From assembly GCF_006345805.1 (NCBI RefSeq), contig NC_043016.1, positions 7,378,001 through 7,442,000 of the forward strand: DNA of 64,000 bases, read 5' to 3'. Positions 50,618 through 63,883 of the stretch are shown here, one piece after another. The position numbers were made by a program, and so were the translations under genes. The stretch is from Octopus sinensis. Its lineage: Eukaryota. The notes beneath the pieces are model-generated. The model did not search any database, was not told the origin of the DNA, and saw only the letters and a list, made by a program, of their open reading frames with translations. Numbering within the stretch: the first letter of the stretch is position 1; every line of letters begins with the position of its first letter.

Positions 50618-51100
50618 ATGGCCGATGCCAGCGCCGCTTCGACTGGCTTCTGTGCCGGTGGCACGTAAAATACTCCAATCCGACCGTACTACAGGCACCC
50701 ATGCCAACCCCCTTTGCTTGTGAAGACATGTTGGGGCAAGCGAAATCGAAATCGAATTGAACCAACCAGGATCCCTGGTCTGGTGGTACGTAAAAAGCAC
50801 TATCCGACTCGTGGCCGATGCCAGCACCGCCTCGACTGGCTTCCGTGCCGGTGGCACATAAAATACACCAATCCGACCGTGGCCGTTGCCAGCCTCACCT
50901 GGCACCTGTGCCGGTGGCACGTAAAAAGCACCCACTACACTCACGGAGTGGTTGGCGTTAGGAAGGGCATCCAGCTGTAGAAACATTGCCAGATTAGACT
51001 GGAGCCTGGTGCAGCCTTCTGGCTTCCCAGATCCCCGGTCGAACCGTCCAACCCATGCTAGCATGGAGAACGGACGTTAAACGATGATGATGATGATGAT
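50618..51100 (+). mobile_element. Solo RTE 3' end with subrepeats
   Basis: Multiple 'gccggtggcacgtaaaa' units, conserved terminal 200 bp and (GAT)n. Confidence 0.88.
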
Positions 51101-51183
51101 ATTTATAACAAAAGTATATATGTTTGTATTCAATATTGAATGCATGAAGTATGTATGTATGTAGTATATATATATATAATATA

Positions 51184-51227
<44 letters not shown>

Positions 51228-51773
51228 AGGTTTGGAGATGATAGTGTACAGGTATTATATATTAGAAGAAATGAGGTAATCAGAAGAACCATATATATAT
51301 ATATATATATTAATATATAATATATATATATATATATATGAGCATATCCATATATACAGGGTGTTCAAAACATCTCTCTGCAGTAAGTATTTATATTGCA
51401 AAAGAAATATTCTAAGATCGTATAAGACTACAAAAGAATATAATAGACTTTACAAGACTTTAACAACTTTATAAGAGGTGTTGAAAGTGTGTCTTTCATT
51501 TTCAATACATAAGTTGTCTCTTCTACAAGTTTTGATCTTAGAGAGTCTGACGTCGTGGTATGGACCGTGTGAAGGTTATGATTGCGTCCATTTTGATGGG
51601 GATTTTTTTCAATGTTTTTCCCCGAAGTCGGTAGATGTGTGGTATTTTTTCAGGAAAGAAAAAGGAAAATATTTTGAAAAATTTTAATTTTTACACTCCC
51701 GCCGCTCCCTCACCACCCCAGTGCGAAACGATTTTGACCATTTTTTTTTCACTACACACTTAAAACCCGTGAG

Positions 51774-52490
51774 TAGGGGGTTGTAAATAATTGATTGGAA
51801 CCTTTCCAATCAATTATTTTCCGAGCAATTAATTAATTTTAATTGGGATATGTGCCAATCAATCATTGCAATTAATTGTCAATTATTTTGCCGAACGTAA
51901 AAAAAAAACATATTTAGGAGTGTTAGCTTCGATTTAGATAAGCGCCAAAATGATAGGAAAATAAATGGCACGTCTTATGGTTTCAAAAAATTTTATTATC
52001 AGAAAACGTTCAAAGTTCAATTTTGTTGATTTAGAATAAGGAACAATAATCGTATACACTCTACATTGTACATTAGTTGGAAAACAAATAAATTGAAGGT
52101 CTTTAATGGAAAGAGTTTCTTAAGCGAGTAGCACGATTAAAATGTTCTAATATAGTAAAAGTTCAGAAACGATTGTAGATTTCTGAACGATTGCAGATTT
52201 CTGGATCCCAGAAAGCGCGATTGACTTGCAGAAAGAAATAATTGCATTTTTAAATTCATTGGTGTTGAGTATTGCCGAAAATCATTAAAAGCTAAGCTGC
52301 TGAGCTGAAGAAACGTGCCAAGATTCTTGATATTGGTAACAAAAATCAGTCAGTTTATGATTTTGAACTCTGACAATGTTGCAATTAACTGCAATTAATT
52401 GATATGGTGGCAATCAATTATTTAATTGGCAGTACAACTCTAATCAATCAATTGGATCAATATATTACAATTAATTTTTTACAACCCCTG
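51774..52490. mobile_element. Non-autonomous hAT-like DNA transposon
   Basis: TIRs 'tagggggttgtaaataatt' / 'aattttttacaacccctg'; flanks cccgtgag/ccagtgaa (6/8); many subterminal CAATTAATT/CAATCAATT motifs. Confidence 0.7.
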
Positions 52491-52644
52491 CCAGTGAAAG
52501 AAACATTTTCGGTTTTAAAAAAATTGTTGATAATTTCAGAGGAAAATGTGTAATTAAACGGATATCTGGCTGTTTCTAGCACATCCCAAAACCTCCCTCC
52601 ACGTTTCTTTCTCACTCACTATTGTTTAATATTTTTCTCCCTGT

Positions 52645-52940
52645 AGGCCGACGAACTGGCAGAATCGTTAACACGCTGGGCGAAATGCTTAGCGGTATTT
52701 CGTCTGTATTTACGTTCTGAGTTCAAATTCCACCGAGGTCGACTTTGCCTTTCATCTTTTCAGGGTCGATTAAATAAGTACCAGTTGCGCACTGGGGTTG
52801 ATATAATCGACTTAATCCGTTTTTCTGTTCTTGTTTGTCCTCTCTGTGTTTAGCCCCTTGTGGGTAGTAAAGAAATAGGTATTTCGTCTGTCTTTACGTT
52901 CTGGCTTTAAATTCTGCCGCAGTCGACTTTGCCTTTCATT
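52645..52940 (+). mobile_element. SINE family B with partial tandem re-copy
   Basis: Full copy to about 52881, then a repeat of 'ggtatttcgtctgt...gtcgactttgcctttcat'. Confidence 0.85.
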
Positions 52941-53380
52941 TATTTGTAGTACTTCCTATACATAGGTATTATCAAACGCGGATTTTACCTTATTTGCAAG
53001 ATGTAGCTATGCTTAATTTTCGCCGAGGAAAGAAAAGATAAGTTAACATTTGTTTTATTTTCGTCTCTATTTTTATTTCCTTATAATTTCATTTTTATTT
53101 CGTATTTGTTTATTCGTAATTCTTTATTCGTTATTCATAACTTTTATTCGTAATTTTTACTCGTACTTTTTTCTCTTTGAATTTTTTTTCCTTAAATGTT
53201 TATTCCTTGAATTTTTATTCCTTAAATTTTTACTCCTTAAGTTTTTAACATTCAGTTACTATTTCAATTTATTATTTGCATTTCTATTCATTTGTATATG
53301 TTAAGTAAGATTATACTAAAGATATAGAGTATCATGGAGGTATATAAGAGGTAGGGGTAGTGAAAAATGTTGAGGAATCT

Positions 53381-53479
53381 AGACCTGAAGATTGGGAGTA
53401 CGTCGACCCGATTAAGTATTGAAACTAGATACCTCGTATCTAATCAAACCGACGTACTTTCATGAAACGCGTGTAGTCT
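53381..53479 (+). ncRNA. Putative type I hammerhead ribozyme
   Basis: AGAC-CTGAAGA-T-TGGGAGTACGTCG...CGACGTACTTTCA-T-GAAA-CGCGTG-TA-GTCT; 13-bp stem II; GUA triplet. Confidence 0.78.
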
Positions 53480-54369
53480 TATAAACGGAAAATATGGAAT
53501 TCAGAATAGATATAGTTAGTATAAGATTTAATATTTAACATTTTATGGAGTGGTCGGTTATAAAATCTTCAGTGTTGATTGAGTTGAAGGTGGTTCTGTC
53601 TCTAAAACTACTTATATATATATATATATATTATATATATATATATATCTATATATAATATATATATAACTTTCAAAAGGGGATATATTTGTTAATAAGT
53701 AAGAAAAGAATTTGATATTTAACTTCATTTGAACTGGTGCACTATTCTCCATGATTAATAATAAATCTGTCATCATTTTTTGCTCACACATGTATGTACT
53801 AATACATCTATAAAATTTCCTTATTACAAACAGCAGAGAAAAAATGTGCGGCAGATATCAACAGATACGGAAGTGTAGTCTCATAGCACACCCTTGAGAG
53901 TATTAGTAACACACATTTAGTGTTTTAAAAATACTGAAGAGAAAAGTAAACCATGCTGAAATTCTTCACCCTGAAACTGATAGTGATAATTAGAAAATAA
54001 TTTTTTTTAAAAATGATTTACTGTAAAGCGTATATTATATAAAGATGAAATAAAACAGAGTAAATTTTTAAAAATCTTTCTTAAAGAGTAGAATAAAAGA
54101 ATACGATACAGAAATAAATAATCCCCCAAAATTGATATGTAGGTTTTTGAGTGTAAAACAGAATAAACTTCAGGAATGGTTGTGTGGTTTATGATGCTCG
54201 CTTTGCAACTTGTGGGTTCAGGTTCAATCTCATTGCATGGCATCCTGGGCAAATGCTTTCTACTATAGTCCTGGGTTGACCAAATCCTTGCAAGAACAGA
54301 TTTGATACATGGGAACTGTGTGGAAGCCTGTTGTGTGTGTGTGTGTGTTTGTGCATATATATATGTATG

Positions 54370-54415
<46 letters not shown>

Positions 54416-54698
54416 TGTGTGTGTATGTGTGCATGTATGAGTGTGTGTGCATGCATGAGTGTGTGTATATGTATGTGCATGTGTGTGTGCATGCATGCAT
54501 GTGTGTATGTGTGTGTGCATGCATGAGTGTGTGCATGTGTGTGTGCACATGTGCCTGTGTGTCTCTGTTTTTCTCTCACCACCACTACTTGACTGCCAAT
54601 GTCAGTGTTTACATTACCCGCAAATTAGTAGCTCAGCATAATAGACTGTTAGAATGAGTTCCAGACATAGTTACCCTAACCCTAAACCTAACCTTAGA

Positions 54699-54905
54699 CA
54701 TCATCATCATCGTTTAACGTCCGTTTTCCATGCTAGCATGGGTTGGACGGTTTGACAGGGGTTTGGGAAGCCAGGAGGCTGCACCAGGCTCCAGTCTGAT
54801 CTGGCAGTGTTTCTACAGCTGGATGCTCTTCCTAACGCCAACCACTCTGTGAGTCTAGTGGGTGCTTTTTACGTGCCACCGGTACAGGTATCACAACTTC
54901 AATTT
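54699..54905 (-). mobile_element. Solo RTE 3' end
   Basis: (CAT)n plus conserved 3' UTR. Confidence 0.85.
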
Positions 54906-55072
54906 GGTGAAAGCAAAACCTGATAAGTTTGCAACTTTCTATCTCTCACCAAAAATTCAGAATGAATCTGTGAACGTCCTGGGAGATCAAGCGAAACAGA
55001 GTAAATAGCATTGCGTTATTTTTTATGGTACTCCAGACATTTCTAATATTGACCAAATTTTTCGAGTGCTAC

Positions 55073-55662
55073 ATCGTTCATCATCGTTTAACGTCCGCTT
55101 TCCATGCTAGCATGGGTTGGACGATTTTGACTGATGGGTGCACCAGGCTCCAATCTTGATCTATCAGAGTTTCTACAGCTGGATGCTCTTTCTAATGCCA
55201 ACCACTCCGAGAGTGTAGTGGGTACTTATTACGTACCACTGGCACGGGGGCCAGTCAGGCGGTACTGGCAATGACCTCACTCGAATCTTTTTACGCATGC
55301 CACCAGTACAGGTGGCAGTAAGGCGACGTTGGTGACGATCACACTCGAATGGTGCCCTTTTACATGCCACCGGCATGGAAGCCAGTTGGCTGCTCTTGCA
55401 ACGATCACGCTCAGATGGTGCTCTTGGCACCCTACTAGCACAGGCACAAGTGCTAGTAAGGTGACGCTGGTAATGATCACACTCGAATGGAGCCCTTTAA
55501 TGTACCACTGGCATGGAAGCCGGTTAGCCGCTCTGTCAAATGATCACACTTGTATGGTGCTCTTTGCACCCTGCTAGCACAGATGCCAGTCATCGAATTT
55601 GATTTTGATTTTGATTTCACTTGCCTCAACAGGTCTTCGCAAGCAGAGCTTAGTGACCAAAG
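55073..55662 (-). mobile_element. RTE 3' end inserted in the hAT relic
   Basis: Tail at about 55073-55090 and several subrepeats; flanked by a long direct duplication of hAT sequence. Confidence 0.85.
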
Positions 55663-56592
55663 ACTCACCAAAAATTCAGAATGAATCGGTGAACATCCTG
55701 GGAGATCAAGCGAGAAAGGAAGTTATTGATGAAGTGAAACAGAGTAAATAGTATTGCGTTATTTTTGATAGTACTCCAGACATTTCTCATATTGACCAAA
55801 TATTTTGGGTGCTACTTTGTGTTAAAATAGATGAAAAGGAAGTAAAAATAGAAGAATCTTTTCTTTGTTTTATTGAGATGAAATGCAAAAATGCTGAGCA
55901 AATTACACCAATGATTCTGAAGCAATTAGAAATGGGCGATGTTAACATTCAAGACTGTCATGGACAAGCTTTTGATAACGTGGCAGTAACGGCAGATCAT
56001 CGATCCGGTGTTCAATCATGCATCACAGAAGTTAATCCAAAGATTGTATTTGTGCCATACACCAATCACTCTCAATTTAGTAGCTGTGCATGCAGCTTCA
56101 GTGGGTGCAGATTCAGTTACATTTTTTGGCACATTGGACCATCTATTTTCATTCTTTTCAGCCTCAACTCATCAATGGGATATCTTGATTGAGATAACTG
56201 ATGCAACTATCAAACGGGCTCGGGAAATGAGAAGAAGGAGTAGTTGAGCGGATGCAGTGAAAGTTGCACATACAAAATTCATGGAAATCATCACTGTGCT
56301 GGAATGGTTGATGGAAGATGCAGAAAATACAAGTATGAGATTTGATGCAGGTTTAATTTTTCAGGCAATGCTATCATTTTATTTCTTGTCATTTCTTGGC
56401 CTTTGGAGAGATATACTTCCTGAAATTAATGACACTCAAAAGTACCTCCCAACAAGAGGTCTGGAGTTACAACAAGGAACCATTAAACTATCTTGAAAAC
56501 TTCTCTACATGTAAGCAGAAACAAAACAGCAGATGACACATTAGCCTATTCAACCGAAATTTGCTCTGATATGGGCATCAGTAAAGAGTGTT

Positions 56593-56808
56593 CATCATCA
56601 TCATCGTCGTTTAACGTCCGTTCTCCATGCTAGCATGGGTTGGACGGTTCGACCGGGTTTTCTGGGAAGCCAGAAGGCTGCACCAGGCTCCAGGTCTAAT
56701 TTGGCAATGTTTCTACAGCTGGATGCCCTTCCTAACGCCAACCACTCCGTGAGTGTAGTGGGTGCTTTTTACGTGCCACCTGCACAGGTGCCAGGCGGGG
56801 CTGGCAAC
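56593..56808 (-). mobile_element. RTE 3' end inserted in the hAT relic
   Basis: (CAT)n plus conserved 3' UTR. Confidence 0.85.
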
Positions 56809-58207
56809 TCGAAGCGAGTTGAATTCACAAAAAGAAAAAAATGAGTTATGAAGAAAGTATTGAGGCTGCTTTCAGCTACAATGCTGAGCTAGGAAGATAG
56901 ATAGACTGGCTGAAGAAATAACTTCTAGATTCGAAAAACTTCATGATATTGTAAAGAAATGCATCTTTCTCACGCTGTCCAATTTGTTAGATAAAGAGTG
57001 TAATTGTGATTTAGATGCTTTTGATGAGAATATTAAGAGAGAAAACTTTCTGGTTGAAAGGGCAAAACTGCAAAGTTATTTGGCAGCTGCTGGTACTGAA
57101 GACATGGAAGGGCCTTTGTAAGTTCTTCAGTTTATACAGAAATATAATCTTATTGATTCAATGCCAAATATTGTAATACTTTTAAAAGTCTTCCTAACTC
57201 ATGCTATTGATGTTGCTAGCTGTGAACGGTCCTTTTCTAAACAAAAGCTCATCAAGAACTACCTCAGGTCAACTGTACGTCAAACAAGATTGACCGATTT
57301 GGCAATACTATCCATGCAGCGTAACCTTATGAATAAAATTAATTCTGATGAAGTCATTCAAGATTTTGCAAAGAGGAAGGCACATAATATCAGTTTGTAA
57401 ATCACTTATTGTTGTAATTCACTCATCTTCTCTTCTTTAATATATTCTTCCTATTATTTTTTGTGTATAAACTCAATAAAAGTAAATTTGTGGGAAATAA
57501 TGGTTACTACAGTTTGTCTTCTTATTTCACATACATATATATACCTATAATTATTCCATTTTTTTAAAGTGTTATTAGAACTTTTAAGGGGCAGCCAAAT
57601 AAACATCTGACACAGGCGGCACTTGTGATAGGAATGCCACTGGTTCTGGAGGCCAAAACCCTTCAAGGCAGTGCTCCAGCATGGCCACAGTCCAATGACT
57701 GTAACAAATAAAGAAACATAAAAGCAGTACAGCAAACAATTGGAGAAAAAGCAAAAAAGAACATCTATGCTGACCAAAATGTATTTAATTCATAAAGTAT
57801 CTTGTCTCCAAACTTAATAGGATATTATTTACAACTAAATAGCTTACTCGACAAGGTTGGATCATATTTATGTATTCAATATGTTGTTTATTTAAAATAA
57901 ATTATGAATGTAAATTGTATTTTTATCTGACTCTAATTGTTAAAATGTTATTGGTATTTGGTGATAACCTTTCCTAGAATTTTCTACAATTATTCTTTTA
58001 TCTCTCTCTCTTTCTTTCTTTCCCTGCATGTATGTGTGTGTGTGTGTGGGTGTGTGGGTGTGTGTGTGTATGTGTGTGTGTGTGTGTGTATTAGTGCATT
58101 CAAAACTTGAAACCTTTGAAGTTGTGATAGTTTAACATTTCCATTACCAAACTGTTTAGCTGCTGAACATATGTAATCCAGCTTGTAATATAGAAACAGA
58201 TTTATAA

Positions 58208-58278
<71 letters not shown>

Positions 58279-58396
58279 TATACATGTGTATAAATATGTG
58301 TGTGTGTATATATATATAGATTATAATATATATATATACATATGTTTAAATGTATGTGTATATATTTATACATACACACACACACACACACATATA

Positions 58397-58922
58397 CTAG
58401 CAGAAATACCCGTCGTTGACTGGGTTTAGAAAGAACCATCAAGAATTATACTCTGATTCATGAAAGTTACTGCTTCGATATTATTGAATATTTTGTAGTG
58501 GAATATCTGCAAGCTCTTATTGCTAGGCTTCGGCCCCTAAAGTTATAATATTTTTCTAATGGGTCAGCTGATAGCCAATCTCTTCAGCCCTTTTTCTTTT
58601 CCTTCGCTGATATTGCTTAGGTAGTCCAAATCTAATATTTTTCGGGGGCATTGTTGTAGGGTGAATTAATCTATAAGACAGGAGACTTAACTCATGTTAG
58701 CAAACTTACAGATTTCACTGATGTGAAAATAAGTATAAGTTATGGTTGAAAATCGATTTATACTGCTATCTGGTGGTGCCTAGCGAAAAATAAGTTGACA
58801 AAAGCACAGTCATGATTGTGACCAATGTCCTCCTAAAATTGGAATGACATGCATGCTAATTTGTGGACATGCATAAAGTACATTCACGTACACACACACA
58901 TCCTGCCTTTTATAGATATAGA
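58397..58922 (-). mobile_element. Non-autonomous Helitron
   Basis: Minus strand: A|TCtatatctataaaaggcagga(tg)n ... hairpin 'acccagtc-aac-gacgggt' then 'atttctgCTAG|T'. Confidence 0.8.
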
Positions 58923-59010
58923 TACACATATACATGTATAATATATACATGTACACATACAGTATATGTAACATTATGCGTATATGTATGTGTGTGTGTC
59001 TGTGTCTTTG

Positions 59011-59870
59011 TGAGAGAAAAGTTAGACCTAAGAAGCATCAGATGTTGTGTGCAAGAGAGACAACTGCGCTGGTATGGTCATGTGTTGTGAATGAATGATG
59101 ACAACTGGGTGAAAAAGTGTCATACCCTAGCAGTTGAGGGAACCTGTGGAAGAGGTAGACCCAGGAAAACCTGGGATGAGGTGGTGAAGCACGACATTGG
59201 GCCTTACTGAGGCAATGACTAGTGATCGAGACCTTTGGATATATGTTATGCTTAAAACCTAACAAGCCAAGTGAGATCATAGCCCATGGCCTAGCCAGTG
59301 GGTGTAACCATTCCACTTATGAATACCCCTCATTCATTGGACAATAAACTTTCAAAGATCTAGTGAGTCAAGTGAAATCAAATCAAAATTGCTGATGTGG
59401 CCGATGACAGTACTGCCTAATTGGCACTCGTGCCAGTGGAACATTAAAAGCACATCCGAGTGTCATAGCTGCCAAGGCCACAGATTGGTTCCTGTGCCGA
59501 TGGCATGTAAAAAGCACCTTTCGAATATGATTGTCTCCAGTGTCGCCTTACTGGCACACGAGAAACAATAATTGAGTGTTGTCATTGCCAGTGCCGCTGG
59601 ACTGGCTCTCGTGCAGGGAGCATATAAAAAACACCTTTTGAGTATGGTTGTTGCCAGAACTGCCTGACTGACCCTCGTGCCAGTGGCACGTAAAAGTACT
59701 CACTCTACTCTCGGAGTGGTTGGCATTAGGAAGGGCATCAAGCTGTAGAAACTTTGCAAGATCAGATTGAGCCTGGTAGTCTCTGGCTCACCAGTCCTCA
59801 GCCAAACCGTCCAACCCATGCCAGCATGGAAAGCGGATATTAAGCGATGATGATGATGATGATGATGATG
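59011..59870 (+). mobile_element. Older 5'-truncated RTE LINE
   Basis: 'REKLDLRSIRCCVQERQLRWYGHVL...GRGRPRKTWDEVVKHD', subrepeat-rich 3' UTR, (GAT)n tail. Confidence 0.88.
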
Positions 59871-60342
59871 AGATGATATGAAGATATATATATACATACA
59901 TACATACATACATACATACACACATAGTGCAGTGGTTTCCAACCTGTGGTCTGCAAAGGTAGTAATGAGGATCCATGCACATGTTCAGCTGACAGACCTC
60001 TCAATATCCTGGGGTCCGTGGAAAAATTCATTTAAATATAAGGGGTTACCATATAATACCAGAACAGATAATCACAGATTGCTTGTTGCCATTGCAATCA
60101 TTGCTGACAAATTTGATTCTATTAGTGCTATTTAAGTAGAATTGTAGTATTATGGCATTGAGGTAGTTTATGGAACAAAAAGTCTTTGTCCAAAGTTTCT
60201 TACAGACACCATTCTGTTATTTACTTTGTGATATGCTGTCCATTATATTTAGAATTTACAACAAGGAGTGCCAAATTTTATGATAGTAAGTGCATCAATT
60301 GATATCAATTTAGTTACTATAAGTAACCATATGCTAAGGTGC

Positions 60343-60707
60343 TAAGTGCACCATCCGCACATGATCATTGCCAGAGCGGCAAACTGGCTTCCGTACCGGT
60401 GGCATGTAAGAGGCACCATTCGAGCAGGATCGTTACCAGCATCACCTTACTGGCACCTGTGCCATTGGCATGTGTAAAAAGATTTGAGCGAGGTCGTTGC
60501 TAGTGCCGCCTGACTGGCCCCCGTACCGGTGGCACATAAATGCACCCACTACACTCTCGGAGTGGTTGGCATTAGGAAGGGCACCTAGCTGTAGAAACTT
60601 TGCCAGATCAAGCCTGGTGCAGGCATCTGGTTCGCCAGCCCACAGTCAAACCGTCCAACCCATGCTAGCATAGAAAGTGGATGTTAAACGATGATGATGA
60701 TGATGAT
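60343..60707 (+). mobile_element. Solo RTE 3' end
   Basis: Subrepeats, conserved terminus and (GAT)n. Confidence 0.85.
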
Positions 60708-62167
60708 GTAATAATCAATCAACCTGATATCCAGAATCAAAGGAAACTTTGTCAGTCTTTGTTGGTAATAAAACAAAAATATGGTTGTGAAAATATATTT
60801 AATTGTGAAGAAAGGAAGTGTTTGATATTTCAAGCTGTGGCTCTTTGTTCAAAAGACATGGGTGTTGCTGGAATAGAGCACTTTGAAACTGAATGTCAGA
60901 GGCTGAATGAAGAGAGGAGAAGACGTCATCAATAACACCCTATGGTCGACACTACCTATCTACCTATCAGTCTTGTCAGCTATGTCTGCTCTCATGAGAA
61001 ACAATGAGCTGAAATGGAGGAGTATGAAAGTATTGGATTAACATTGTCATCATTTTTGATGGGCTGTAATAAGCAAAGTAAAGGCTTTTTATTGAGAAAA
61101 AGAAATTATGGTTGGATAAAAAAACACACCTCTGTGTGCTTTTAATTGGATTACGATTACAGAATTCAAAACCTTTCTTTCTCTCAGTCTGTTACTTGAT
61201 AAATGGCCTGAACTCAAAATGTTGGAAATTTTCCTTTTCTGGCATGGAACCCAGCTAGTACACACACACGCACGCACGCATGCACGGATGCACGGACGCA
61301 CGCACGCACGCACGCATGCACGCATGCACGCATGCGCGTATGTAAATCAAAGTATATAGTATTATAAGGCAATTTCAGCCAATGTACCCAACAGTTTTGT
61401 ACCAGGTATTAGATAACCAAATATAAGATAACATGGCAGTTATCTAGAAACATGTGATCTTTAGAGACGGTAAGTATGGAAGAAATATGGTGGCTGCTGT
61501 CTGTTTCTGGAGGTGATGAAATGTCACATCTAGTTGCTGTGAAAAAGACCAAATGAAGTGGCAGGAGACAATTGCTCAAGGGATTAGTCAAAAGTTATGT
61601 CCCTTGGCCCCAAAACACCTGAGTTTGCTATAAAGCAGCAGGTGGCAGATAGATGAAAATATGTGCTTAGGGGAGGGAATAGAGGCTAGTATGCGTATTA
61701 GATTAGTATATGTGTTGAATTTTTTGTTGGATGATTTTGGTGGGTGCCCAATCTTTAACCTCATGTTTGGGCACATGTGCATATATTTGTGAATGGTTTA
61801 GTTACAGATGGCAGGAGGGTTGATGTTGGAGAATCTAATAATTAGAGCCATAGGAGAGATAACATGTACTGTCTCTTATGTAAGCATGTTCTAAAAATAT
61901 CATTCCTGCAATTTAGGTAGATGTTTAGGTGATGAGAATTTTTTAATATAATACATTTCTTGGTCAAACATAATCTACATTTTCCAGTACTACAAAATAA
62001 GGTTTACACTTTTCCAAGATTTTTCACTTAATAATTTTGTACGCTGCAACACTTTTCTTTAATGACCATACATATTTGTCCAGGGCTGTAACCTTGCACC
62101 TCTCCTGTATATTGAAGGAAGATTCATGGTTGTTAAACTTGGCCCTAAAAGTTTTTTCTATTGCACT

Positions 62168-62471
62168 TGTTTGTTCCTTCTCGAGCCATGCTTGGCTCAT
62201 AAGGGCCGTTTCCCTGGTTTCTTTGGCATATAGGTTCCCCACCTGGATGGGACACCGGTCCGTTGCAGGTGAGCTGCAAGATGCAGGAGGAAAGAATGAG
62301 AGAAAGTTGTGGTGAAAGAGTCAGCAGAAGTTTCGCCAATACCTTCTGCTGGAGCCACGTGGAGCTTAGGTGTTTTGCTCATAAACACACCCATCGCCTG
62401 GTCTGAGATTCGAACCCACGGTCCCTCGACCGCGAGTATGCTGCTCTAACCACTAGGCCATGTACCTCCAC
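62168..62471 (-). mobile_element. SINE family C
   Basis: Colinear with 19895-20201; B box 'gggttcgaatctc'. Confidence 0.85.
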
Positions 62472-62479
62472 AAAATAAT

Positions 62480-62731
62480 AAATGCGCCCTTTTTTAAAGC
62501 CTAGCCAGGCTCATGGGTCCGGTTTCCCGGTTTCAATGGCATATGTGTTCCCCAGCCAGACGGGACACCAGTCCATCGCAGCGTTACTCATTTTTGCCAG
62601 CTGAGTGGAGGGTGCAACGTGAAATGAAGTGTTCTGCTCAAGAACACAACATGTCGCCTAGTCCAGGAATCAAAACCGCAATCTTATGATCATGATGCTG
62701 ACACCCTAACTACTAAGCCACGCGCCTCCAC
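62480..62731 (-). mobile_element. SINE with tRNA head, CORE-like centre and V-domain-like segment
   Basis: Minus strand 'ggaggcgcgtggcttagtagttag...ttcttgagcagaacacttcatttcacgttgc...ctgcgatggactggtgtcccgtc'. Confidence 0.75.
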
Positions 62732-63505
62732 CCTTCTATTGCACTCACATACCTCCACGAATCTAGTCACCCAATGTGGGCTCTTTGACATTGTGTCTGC
62801 CTCATACATGACAGCCTTCATGTTGCAGTGTGGCCTCTGCATTAGCATCTTGCTTTGGTCTCAAGTGTGAGTCTACCTATCAATAATACTAAGCTCACAA
62901 TTAAAAGGCGCGCTTAAGGTATGACTCAAGAGTGTGGACATTAAAAGCAATAACAATGATGATGATACATACACAAATATATATTTACATATGCAACAGG
63001 CTTCTTTCAGTTTCTGTTTACCTCATGCATGCATAAAGCTATAATGGGAGAGACTTGCCCAAGATGTCAAGCAATGTGACTCAGTTGGGAAAAAATATCC
63101 CCACATACAGTTTCATAGTTGACTTCACTTGAATATGAAGATAACAATTACTACCATGCAAGGCAACAATTCCAACGTCTGTAGATGGAAATTCCATAAA
63201 TTTACACAAGATTGTATCTAACTGACAGTATCGCAAATGTTAAATGGAAGATGAAATTATGTAATAATATTCTGCTATTCGTATATCACAACATGCGATA
63301 TAAATGATATAAATAAGTTTCCTTAGTTGCAAATATCTGGTGGATGATTCATTTTTTTATCATTATATCAAAAACATATTCAGAAAAACTCCAAATCTTT
63401 TATCTTTGTATTTAGACAATATACATGTAAGTGTATGTATGTGTATGGGTGTGCATATATATATATGCACACTGCATTCTTTCATATATTTATATTTAAA
63501 AAAAA

Positions 63506-63629
63506 AATATATATATATGTATGTATGTATGTGTGTATGTATGTATGTATGTATGTATGCATGCATGTATGTATGTATATATACATACATATATATATGT
63601 ATGTATATATACATATATATATATGTATG

Positions 63630-63714
<85 letters not shown>

Positions 63715-63740
63715 GTGCATGTATGTATATATACATATAT
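63506..63740. repeat. (TATG)n/(TA)n microsatellite
   Basis: Simple repeat. Confidence 0.95.
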
Positions 63741-63845
63741 ACCGGAGTAAACACATAAATGTGAAACAAAGTGGAAAAAAGAGTACTCAAATACCAATGG
63801 TAGAATAATATGCTTTATTTAAAGCAGTAGAACATTCAACAAAAC

Positions 63846-63883
63846 CTGTTACTCTGAGTTTCCCGTTGCCGTTCATCGGACAG
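63846..63883 (-). ncRNA. Putative minimal type I hammerhead ribozyme (CCGAUGA core variant) in a fold-back element 63813-63960
   Basis: Minus strand: CTGT-CCGATGA-A-CG-GCAA-CG-G-GAAA-CTCAGAG-TA-ACAG; mirrored on the plus arm at 63894-63927. Confidence 0.65.

Larger units (their letters stand above)
54906..57641 (+). mobile_element. Decayed hAT transposon (ZMYM1-like transposase), interrupted by two RTE 3' ends
   Basis: 'SPKIQNE...IFDSTPDISHIDQ...EESFLCFI...CHGQAFDN...HSLNL...FFSAST...ASCERSFSKQKLIKNYLRSTVRQTRLTDLAILS' (hATC dimerisation domain); right end 'ggaatgccactg' is a CAGTGGC-type TIR. Confidence 0.9.

Noticed and set aside
55809-57400. ZMYM1-like host gene
   Set aside because: Many stops and frameshifts, LINE insertions and a TIR-like end indicate a dead hAT transposon, not a domesticated gene.
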